A stretch of DNA of 64,000 bases, taken from Perkinsus olseni. Taxonomy: Eukaryota. Location: assembly GCA_013115125.1 (NCBI GenBank), contig JABANN010000012.1, forward strand, positions 62,001 through 126,000. The letters are read 5' to 3'. Positions 51,265-61,839 of this stretch are shown piece after piece. The notes below the pieces were generated by a model. That model was not told where the DNA came from, did no database searches, and saw only the letters and a list, made by a program, of their open reading frames with translations. The position numbers and the translations under genes were made by a program. Numbering within the stretch: the stretch's first letter is position 1; every line of letters begins with the position of its first letter.

Positions 51265-53080
51265 GCTCGTTGAACCATCGACCAGTTGAGGGGTTCGGAG
51301 GGGCCTTCACAGCGGCATCTGCTGTGAATTACAAGAAGTTGGGTGATGAAGATAAACGCAAGTTCATCGAGTTGTGAGTATCTGGTTACTTTGGTCATTC
51401 TGGGCATCCTTTGAGTAGATACTTCGGTCGAAGTGGCCTACTCTACACTATGGGTAGAATACCAATCAACTCCTGTGACTTTAGTCCGTACACTTACAAC
51501 TTCGACAACGTCTCTGATGATTTCACTTTGGAACACTTCGATGATTCTTTGAAGGGAGATGAAGACACCGGGATGATCCAACTTATCCACGACGCCTTGG
51601 CGGAGACAAAACTGAAATTATTTGGTAATCCATCCCATGGTCCGTGGAGAATCGGTACGTCTCACTTGTGTAGGAACCCCGTGGTCCCCCCCGTACTGGA
51701 TGAAGGCTGGTAATCACCCGATGGTCGGCAGTCCTAATCCATGCCTCAAGCAGGATAAGAAATATAAACAAGCCTGGGCCGACTACTTCGTCAAGTGGGT
51801 ATGCGCTGTTACGTTTCCGTTCCCGCATTTTCCATTCTCCCCATCAGATTCAGTCATACGAGAAGAAGAATATCTCCATTTGGGGCGTCACACAGCAGAA
51901 TGAGCCCATGTAAGTCATCGCTCGTCTATACCATTGGGCAGCTCCCAGGGGTGTACACTCATTCACTCAGGTTTTATTCGAACACGCGATGGGAGGCTTG
52001 CTCATACGACCCCGCCAATCAGACCGAGTTCATCAGGGACTACTTAGGACCTACCCTGAAAAAAGCTTTCGGCGATAGAGTTAAACTTATGTACATGGAC
52101 TATATCAGAAATCTTCTCATGGAGGTCTCCGACGTCCTCCTACAGGACAGCAAGGCCGCACAGTGAGTTCCTCTGGTCAGGGTTGGATAAGGATGGGGCA
52201 TTGGCCATCATCGCAGGTACGTCTACGGTGCCGGGGTGCATTGGTACGGTTTGAATAGCATCGATACTCTTGAGGCGTTCAAGACCAAATACGGCAGTCA
52301 ATATGCTGTTTGGGGGACCGAAGCAAGTAGGCAGGGTTTTCAGCTGGCCATTTCACAATGAAGATACATGACCTACTCAGGCACCTGCTACCCGGAGGAC
52401 CGTTTTTTCAATACACCATGGAAGAGAGCTGCCCGTTATGTTCACGGTGTGATTGTAGACTTCGTACACGGTGGAGGAACTGGCTGGGTGGACTGGAATC
52501 TTCTTCTCGACGAGATAGCAGCGCAAGACGTACGTCCGCTCATCCTTATGACTGACTTCCTATAGCGATCGCCTCACTTCTGGTTAATCATTGTCAGAAT
52601 CGCGGGGGTCCGAATCACGCTGACAACTATTGCTTTGCACACATCCACATTGACAACGCGAGTCAGCTTGTGGTACAGAAGATGTCCGTACCGGTCTCTC
52701 CGGTATTGTGGTATCAGGTACACCCGTCTTACTACACCTTTGGGCACATCACCAAGTTTGTCGCTCCCGGTGCTAGAATGGTTACGTCTATGAATGTGTC
52801 TAAGTCTGAACCAAGCTCAATCTTCACTATCGATACCCTAGAGGCCATGGCCTTCGTGAATGAAGCCAAAACAGAGTTGGAAGTTATCGTAAGCCAATTG
52901 AACGAGTGCCCCTCCCTCTACGGTTGCCAATCCCAGGTGCTCAGCAGTCAGGAGGACGACATAACCGATCTGATCATCGAGGTCCAACTGCCAGGCGGGC
53001 AGTATCAGACCATTCACGTTGGTAAAGTCCCCGGCTACAGTGTTACCACCGTTCTACTCCCCGGAACTTTCTCGGGCTGA
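51265..53080 (+). pseudogene. GH30 copy 2, 5'-truncated (lacks exons 1-2 and the signal peptide); remaining exons look intact
   Basis: Similarity to copies 1 and 3 begins about 30 nt before the intron-2 acceptor (51232-51264). Upstream sequence belongs to the duplicated TE-like flank. Confidence 0.75.
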
Positions 53081-55399
53081 GATTCTTCCTCCACCACTAC
53101 TCCTGTTCGCTTCATGCGGGGGAGTACTGAACTTTTGCTTTCATTGCTCCCGATACACCATATTGAGTGTTTCGAGCCTTTGTCGACCGAAGATGGTCAA
53201 TTTCTATCACACATCATACCAAAGAATCGTGTTTCGTTGCACAGTATACCTTAACCATGGGTATTGCCTCCCCCTTCAGTATATCTCATGCGATGTCTGG
53301 TGGCGTGAATGATTTTAACTGGATAATGCTCGCTCGGCTATCTGCAAATGACTCGAAGGGAGATTCTCAGACTGAGAATCTCAGTCATGAGTAACACCTT
53401 TCAAGTAGCCAATGCCAAAAATTACAAAGGCGACCTTAGCATTTCTGGCGTTCGTTCCTCACAACAAAAAGGGATACGCTTATTGATGCGGAGAAACCTA
53501 CTCTGATTCCGATTATCGACCCGAGTTCCACGTTTCAAAACTCCGAACTGCGAAGTGATGATGGTGGTCGAGGGAGTGAGGCGCTTCGCAACAGTTTAGG
53601 AAGCGCATTGCCAATATAGGTGCCTCACCTCGAGGTCTCAAGTGAAACTGAGCCCCTGTTTCTGAGGACGCAGGTGACATCCTCAGTGACTCGACGCCGA
53701 CAGTTGGCCGGCAGCACAGCTACGCAGTGTTTAATGCACCCTGTAGGAACAACCGACCCCAGATCGAGCAATCGCCTACCCCTCTCCAAGGCGGGTTAGC
53801 TGTGCGGTATAGCCTGTAGCCGAGTAGATCTCGATGCCACATGAAGTTTTGGAGGGCACGAAGCGGAAGCGAAGTGCTAGGAGGTGCAAATCCGCCCGAT
53901 TTCTTCATCTGTCTCCGTTGCTGTCGGCTCATCGCAGCTCCCTTCGATTGCTGCTGCCCGTTATTCTTCTTGCCACCTTCAGGACCTGAAGTTCAGGTCC
54001 TTCGGTGGGCTTTACTGGTTCAGCTGATGCGTATCAACTTCGTTCGTGTCTCAGCCCAGGACTTGCCGCCATACTCGGGAATGTAGCAGCATAAGCTCTC
54101 TCGTAGGTACCCTCAGTGGTCGTACGGCTGAGCTGAAGAAGAAGAAAAACGTTAAAGTGAAATTGAATCGGATACATGAGTTCGGTGAGACTGCGCAGAG
54201 ATCTGCTTCACTGAAGATGCGCTATTATACCTTCATTCATCGGGCGAAGCAGGTATAGAGCTGAAATTCGAGCAGGAGTTACGGGGCTTGTTCCCCTCAA
54301 CTGGGACTGCGCCACGAAATTACACGCCTACGCATGAGCCGACCCTGAGGTCCACGTTTGGAAAGTATTCCGAACCATCCCCGGTAGTGGGTATGCGGAG
54401 GAATTGGTCATCCTGAGTGAGGAGAGAGCGCGTTTGCTCACCCCGTGGAACGTAGCGGAGGGGGAGTAGGAGGAGGAGGGAAGATTGGAAATCTGTCACT
54501 GTACGGAAACGCTCGCGGCAGAGACAGCCGCGGCAGTGCTTTGTGAAATTGTACAAGCTCAGGGAGGAGGCATGCTGGCTTTTTCTACCAGTCCAACGTC
54601 GAGAACTTCCTTTGAGGCATGTTGATGCGCATGAGGCGCTCTGCAGCCCTGCAGTGACAGTCACTGCGGTGACTGAGTCACTGAGTGACTGCAGGGCAGT
54701 CGTTGCCTTTCGTGTTACGGTAGCATTGTTACCTGCTTCTGGTGAGATGAGCGGCGTCTGTCTACGGTAAAAACGAGGATCGTAGGTTGCCAGACGGTGC
54801 GAATTCCGAGCTGTCCGGGTCCGTAGACATCATTAACAAAATCATTCCCGATGAAAATCTGAGTGGTATGAAAATACCGTCGCCACTGGCGACTCGCCAG
54901 GAATCGAACTCGGGTCCCTTACCATTCACGGTATCCTTGAAATGGACTGGTCACCAGTCACTGGTGCGCTGCGTGTAGGATCCAAATCGCCGCCAATCCT
55001 AAGTTAGGATTCCTAACGGCAACAAGTGCCAGGCGTATGAATTATATCAAGGACTCCCCTGACTCAGGGGCCGTGAGCAACCACTTGGTCCGGTTAAGAA
55101 GTTGTGGTGGAGATGAGAGTTTCAAACCACTCGGGAAAAGCCCCCTGTCCAGTGGGTGGTGGTGGAGTAACAGTATCAGATCGAGCTTCCATCTAAAATC
55201 CCCACAGATCCTGCATACCGACAAGCGTCGGGATACGCAGTCTTCACCGGATGACGAATGAGCGAGTCGGTGGCTGCGATCTATCAGAACTTTTCATAGA
55301 AGTTCTCATAGATCTCTTGCCCGCGGGGGGAAGCTCCTCACCGTGAGGAGTTTCAACCGTATCATTTGCCCGCTGCTGCGATTTACAGCCCAGCAACGG

Positions 55400-56830
55400 C
55401 ATTATCATAGCAACAGGAGGGAGCTGGCAGCCTGTTGTGAAGCGATTCAAGCCGCAGCCGACGTCATCAGTCACCTTGCCAGCTAAGTCGCGGGCTCCTT
55501 ACCACCGATTGAGATACCAGTTGTGTCGGATAACCGGCCGACAGTGGCCTGGTTAGCAGGAAGTGGCGTGTTTTCCAAGTCAGCTCTCGAGAGGCGAGCG
55601 GCATTGAGGACCCTGAACGCTTTGAAAGACGAAGTGGACTACCTCAGAAGCATTGGTATGGTATCGATATCGCACATAAGCGGGAGCGACAATTCGGAGG
55701 TGGACGAACTCAGCCGACTTTTCGAATAAGGCTAGAGTCTGGCTCCCGAATGACTTTGGGCCAAAGTCTTCGGCTGACGCTCTCTTGGGAGGCACCGACG
55801 AGAAACAGGATCTGTCGAGCTTTCCCGATGTGTTCGATTCAGGAGCGGTCCAAGGACCCGGACCGGGTCACCCGGTCTATCATGGATATTTGAAGAAGAC
55901 AGTACCATCACGCAAGATACCTTGGACGTCTTCTGGGGACTACCGGAGATACCCCGTTAACGCGAATATTTTGAAGAAAATGCTCAAGTCTTCGCCGCTG
56001 CCAATCGCTTCGAGGATCGTCTCTGCATAATCGAAACGCTTTGTGGAAATGCATACGATGCCTGCACGGTTTTGGTGGATTTCCAATTCTTAAGGAAGGT
56101 TTTCCGAGCAATGCACCCTCAACGCAGGGAGCAAGAACTACTCCCAAGTTAGGGAGGGGCGGAGAGACAAGCCCAAGAAAATTGGACCTGTTTTCATCGT
56201 GCATTACAGAGCGATTCGGCTGTGACAGTGTGGCCCGCGGGACCTTATTGTACCGGCTCGGATGGGATAATATGTTTCCGGAATGGCCAAGCCGACGGCA
56301 CCATCGACCTTTTGCCAGTTGTCCCGAAAAGACCGGGATCGTGCGCGGCCTATAGGAAGAAGGTTCTCAGGGACGCCCACCGGGCGACGGTGGCGCATGT
56401 ATACAATCAATACTATATGCTTGAGATACGCGTCGAGGCGAAAAGGCTGGTGAAGTATTGTTATTGCCGCCAGACCTTGCGCGCCCGCAGACAGTGGTCC
56501 CAGTTATCTGGAGTTCCGGACAAGTCCAGCGCGGTCCGAGCCGAGCCCCACACCGAAGTTTCTTGACGTTGGGTGAGTTGAGAGGATCTGGAGGACCGAT
56601 GAAAATCCTCACCGTCTACTGCCTTGGCACTTCTCATTCTACTTGGGTTCTCTGCTCTGAGCGCATCGCCGACGTGCTGCACGCTCTCGTGAGGGTGCAG
56701 CAACAAGAAGGAGGACTCCGAGTGATAAGAACCGACCGTGCAGCTTATTTTAGAAGTAATCTATTCGCTCAAGAGGCAGCCCGCCTCCTGCACGCCACCG
56801 TAATACGGGTGGCCCAGCGGGGAAGAATGT
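55400..56830 (+). mobile_element. Decayed LTR-retrotransposon pol (RNase H plus integrase)
   Basis: RNase H-like SDNRPTVAWL...ISHISGSDNSEVDELSR, integrase zinc-finger-like VLRDAH...AKRLVKYCYCRQTLRA, and catalytic-core-like ILTVYCLGT...GGLRVIRTDRAAYF. Multiple stops and frameshifts. Confidence 0.75.
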
Positions 56831-57938
56831 TATTCTTTCCCAGCCGAGACTGAGTGTCCTTCCGAAGCCCGAAAGTGGCATCGCGCCTATAAAAGCTCAG
56901 CTTACACTTTCTCAAAAACGGGAAGTAGCCTACTTCAAGTAGCGGCTGCCGCGCGCTTCCAGTATTTATGTGGATTCCGAGCTCGAGCCGCTCGAGCTGA
57001 TGATTGTGAGATAAGTTTGAGATGTATGATGATGACACGGGTGTGGAAACTGTTGTACCGCATTGTTCTCGTCCGTAGGCCGCACATCTGCGATTATTTT
57101 TTCTCATCTAGGAGTGTGGGTGCAGTTCGATCGGTGGATAGTGCCGAGTAGACTCGGCTGGCCCGATGAGAACTGCCCCGTCGTAGAGCGGTTACTCTTT
57201 GCCCAAGAGAGGGATTGTCGCGTTGAGACAATAGGGTGGGAACAACAGCAGCACGAGAAGGTTTTCATGTGAAAGCCACGATCTCAGTACACGGGAAGCA
57301 GAGTCTTAGCAGATCATCTGCACATCTGCCGCAGATGTAGAAGCACAGGATGACAAATGTCAGCCCCACTGGGGCTGGCAGAACAAGAGGGGATCCACCA
57401 TGGCGCAAACATGACGAACCTATCCACTACGCGATTAGTCAGTCCTTCCACCAGGAGGATGAGGGGCCGGCGGCTACGATGACAGCAGCACGCGACGCAT
57501 GACAGCCCATCTCTGCCACACCTGTCTCCACCGCACAGACCATCAAATCCCCGGCTCGTCACTAAAACGTGGCGCAAGACGTGCCCTATGAGTGCCTCCA
57601 ATACAACCGAGACTCTTAAGGATGGCCAGCGATCGATCATCACTAGCGTAATAACAAGAGACGCGCACATACTGCACGCGTGCATCAGCACAGCTCATTG
57701 GTCATGGGGAGATCTCGTGCCTTCGTCAATTGCTTTCACGCATGAGTCAATTGCCCTTGGAGATGCGACCTTGAACGGTATATACCTCTAGAGTCTAGAC
57801 GACTCAGCTAGTGCGGAGTTCGCGTGTCTACGGTTGTGCATTCAGTCTGCCTTGACGGTCTTCCCCTCAGCGACTTGAACATACGGGGTTGTATATCAGG
57901 GAAAAGTCCCACATAGTATTAGTTTATCTGTTGCTATC

Positions 57939-60236
57939 ATGCGCATCATGATACCGGGCGTAATGCTGCTGCTAACTGCGGTGAACTGTCGCAAACTGGG
58001 GGGTGCTAAAGGCGCCATCGGTGGAGCTCCAGATGTGAGCACTCCAACCACCCCCGAGGAGGCCGCAGCGTAAGAAAGTGCCGCTTCCTGCAGTTCTCAA
58101 AGTTATCACATTCAGATACGTCACCTCCGAGAATGGTGGTAATATGATACGCCGCAAGGTTACGGTTAAAGATGGACCGGCTACTGCCTACCACGTTAAA
58201 TTGGACTCCGGTGAGCATCCCTGGATACTGACTTCTGTTCAGCACGTAGGATCGCTAAAGGCCTCTGAGGGCACTTGATGTACCAACGCAAGCCGTCACT
58301 CGCAATCGGAGTGGACAGCCTCAGTGTTATGAATATCTTTCAGTGAAAGACGGTCTGTTCTAAGACGCGATTTCTATCTTCCCAATCCTCAGGCTCGTTG
58401 AGCCATCGACCAGTTGAAGGGTTCGGAGGTGCCTTCACAGCGGCATCTGCTGTGAATTACAAGAAGTTGAGTGCTGAAGATAAACGCAAGTTCATTGAGT
58501 TGTGAGTATCTGGTTACTTCGGTCATTCTGAGCATCCTTTGAGTAGATACTTCGGTCAGAGCGGCCTACGCTACACTATGGGTAGAATACCAATCAACTC
58601 CTGTGACTTTAGTCCGTACACTTACAACTTCGACAATGTCTCTGATGATTTCACTTTGGAACACTTCGATGATTCTTTGAAGGGAGATGAAGACACCGGG
58701 ATGATTCAACTCCTTCACGACGCCTTGGCGGTGGCAAAACTGAAATTATTCGGTAATCCATCCCATGCCTTGTTGAGAATCGGTGCGTGTCACGTGTGTA
58801 GGAAGCCCGTGGTCCCCACCGTACTGGATGAAGAATGGTAATCACCCAATGGTCGGCAGCCCATATCCCTGCCTCAAGCAGGATAAGAAATATAAACAAG
58901 CCTGGGCCGACTACTTCGTTAGATGGGTAGGCGCTGAGGTGACGCCAGACCTCGAGCGCCTCCCTCTCAGATTCAAGCCTATGAAAAAAAGAATATTCCC
59001 ATTTGGGGTGTTACGCAGCAGAATGAGCCTCTGTAAGTTTGGAGGACCTCTCTTGTTCTATTCTAGCATTGGTGAGCTATCAGGTTCTACATCAACTTCT
59101 GGTGGGAGGCTTGTTCATTCAGCCCCTCTCAGCAAACAGACTTTATAAGGGACTATCTAGGACCCACACTGAACAGAACGTTCGGTGATAGAGTTAAGCT
59201 CATGTTCATGGACTTCGTGAAAGAATTCCTCATGGATGTCTCTGATGTCCTTCTACAGGACAGCAAGGCTGCACAGTGAGTTTTCGAAGCCCACAGGGCG
59301 GGACTAGTCTTTTCCCCTAGTGTTTGAATCCTGGACCAGGCATGTTGCACGAGGTTGTGTGGTTTGGTACTGGTTAGACTTGCAGGTTTATTTATGGTGC
59401 CGGAGTGCACTGGTACGGATTCGACCAAGTTTATAATCTGGAGCGGTTCAAGACCAAATACGGTGGTAAATACGCTCTCCTCGGAACTGAAGCAAGTAGC
59501 AAGCGCTGTTAGCCGCGGAAAACAGTGAGGAACCTCGGCCAGCTCAGGCACCTGCAATTGGGACACCTTTTTCTTCAATACACCATGGAAGAGAGCTGCC
59601 CGTTATGTCCACGGTGTGATTGTAGACTTCGTACACGGTGGAGGAACTGGCTGGGTGGACTGGAACCTTCTTCTCGACCAGCTTGCAGCACACGATGTAC
59701 GCTCGTTAACTTCTCGATCGCTAGTCCACCACGACGAGTCTCTGTTCTCAGAATCGCGGGGGCCCGAATCACGCTGGGAACAATTGCTTTGCACACATTC
59801 ACATTGACAACGCGAGTCAGCTCGTGGTATGAAGGATGCCCGTTACTCGGCCTTCCAGGCATTGTTGTATCAGATACACCCGTCTTACTACGCCTTCGGG
59901 CACATCACCAAGTTTGTCGCCCCTGGCGCTAGAATGGTTACGTCCCTGAGTGTGTCAGAGTCCAGGCTAAGCTCAATCTTCACTATCGATACCCTCGAGG
60001 CCATGGCCTTCGTGAATGAAGCCAAAACAGAGTTGGAAGTTATCGTAAGCCAATTGAACGAGTGCCCCTCCATCTACGGTTCCCAATCCCAGGTGCTCAG
60101 CAGTCAGGAGGACGACATATCCGATCTGATCATCGAGGCCCAACTGCCAGGCGGGCAGTATCAGACCATTCACGTTGGTAAAGTCCCCGGCTACAGTGTT
60201 ACCACCGTTCTACTCCCGGGGACTTTCTCGGCTTGA
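57939..60236 (+). CDS. GH30 glucosylceramidase-like, copy 3, with a different signal peptide
   Basis: Start MRIMIPGVMLLLTAVNC. Same exon structure and catalytic motifs as copy 1 (TQQNEP, LLGTEA, GWVDWNLLLD). Confidence 0.9.
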
Positions 60237-61333
60237 GAATATTCATGTCCACCCCCGGCTCGACATGGGGCTGCCTCAAACTCTCGCTTTTGTTGCTTCC
60301 TTGACGTCACAGAGAGTGCTCCTTTTTTCAAACAAACGAGATCAATTCCCATTTGCTCTTCTTTCTACTCATTTCCCATTTCTCATTTCAATACATCATG
60401 TTGGTTTGATCAATGACCCGAGTCGATGCCCCGGCCGACCGCTGCATGCTCGCATGGGAAACCTACGGGTGGCCGCCATGCGGCGAATGGGAGTGTGAAC
60501 AGCGGGGTTTCGTCGCTCATGTTGTGTGAAACGCTAGCGTTGAACGCGTATAGTAACACATAACGCGGCGCGAAACGGATGATTTTAGAGGCCAAAATGC
60601 GGGAAACGTTCACATGTTAAACATACCGCTATCCGTAGCGCGTTGATATAACGCGCGACATGCGAAACGCATTTCACTGCACAGCTGAGAATGTAACTGC
60701 CATACCCATATAGACAGTGAGCCGCAGGCCCGATATCAGTCTACTGATGATGAAGGGAATCGGAAAGCGTCAGAATTCTACAAGCACAAACCAACCTTGG
60801 CGCCCTAAAGTTGAAGGTCCACCTCTGCGGCCGTGCACTTTTTTCATGGTATTGATTCCTACTCTGATGAGTGATTCTCGGATAGTGGTGCGTTGAACGC
60901 GCTTAACACTTAGGGCAACGCGGTAAACACGTCACGATGGGTTATCTCGTTAGCGTTTCACGCGTGCGCTATGACGCGAAGTGTTATTGCAACACCAAAT
61001 ACCGCGTTTCTTGCGAAGACACACCGCGACAAGCTGTTCTGCGGGTAAAACGGGTGACACTCCAGTGTATGACGCTGCTCTGATCTGCTCAAACTGTGGT
61101 AGAATCTTGACAGTCAGACCTGGGAACCAGGCGGCAGCCAATTGTTACTCAGTTGTGAACTCGTAGTTGGTGGCTACACAAGCAGAACTCGAGAGAGCTG
61201 CCCGATCCAGTGCCTTCAGCAGCACGCAAGGACGAAGGCAGTTGCCACCGAGTGCGCAGGGCGATTCCGTCAGACAATATGTAGAGGATAGAGCAGTGAT
61301 GCAGAGGAGTGATATAGTGTCTATAACGATATA

Positions 61334-61470
61334 ATGCCACATGCAGGAATGAGGCCACTTCGTCAAGTAGCAGGAACAGCTGGGGCTGGTATTCATTGAA
61401 GCAGCAATCAGTACTCCACCATCACTGCTGCAAGTGTTCGGTCGAGCCGCCGCCTCGCATTGTGGCCTCA
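61334..61470. repeat. Second copy of the dispersed repeat at 32506-32653
   Basis: Colinear, same-orientation similarity with the RPAP1 intronic copy. Confidence 0.8.
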
Positions 61471-61839
61471 CTATTGTATGTTGTATTTTCTTCGTCACAG
61501 AGTTTATTCAAGACCGATCATAGGAGGGCCTCGGCGGACAGTCTCCACGAACGAACAAACAACGAAGGTTGTCAGAAACAGCACTATTGACCTGTCTTGG
61601 CCGCTAACACGACCGAAATGCAAACACCCGACTCTGTCAAGAGGTCTTCGACATCAAGGCCCTCAGGGATATCTGCGTGTTGTCATGAAGAAAATCGTCG
61701 GAAAATTTGTCACATCGGAAAATTTGTTAAAGAAAATCGTAACATCGAGAGAGTAACATCTTCGGCCTCGTCTCCTCACAACACCGAGAGATGTTCCTCG
61801 CCCATCAGGCGACGTTGAAAGACCAGAGGATTTTGACGA

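Larger units (their letters stand above)
47692..55114. repeat. Tandem segmental duplication, period about 3.55 kb (unit A ~47692-51231, unit B ~51232-55114)
   Basis: Near-identical blocks 47838/51411, 49460/53019, 50496/54046 and 50887/54752. Unit A lacks 54420-54735. Confidence 0.95.

Noticed and set aside
54887-54915. TGGCGACTCGCCAGGAATCGAAC as an LTR primer-binding site
   Set aside because: No LTR end is identifiable, the tRNA similarity runs well past 18 nt, and the TGG is part of a 1-nt-spacer palindrome.
60744-60880. CTGATGA motifs as hammerhead ribozyme cores or C/D snoRNA boxes
   Set aside because: There is no stem II followed by GAAA and no convincing terminal stem or box pairing.
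61688-61745. Short A-B-B-A direct repeats (aagaaaatcgt / tcggaaaatttgt)
   Set aside because: There are only two copies of each, consistent with local slippage, and no function can be supported.
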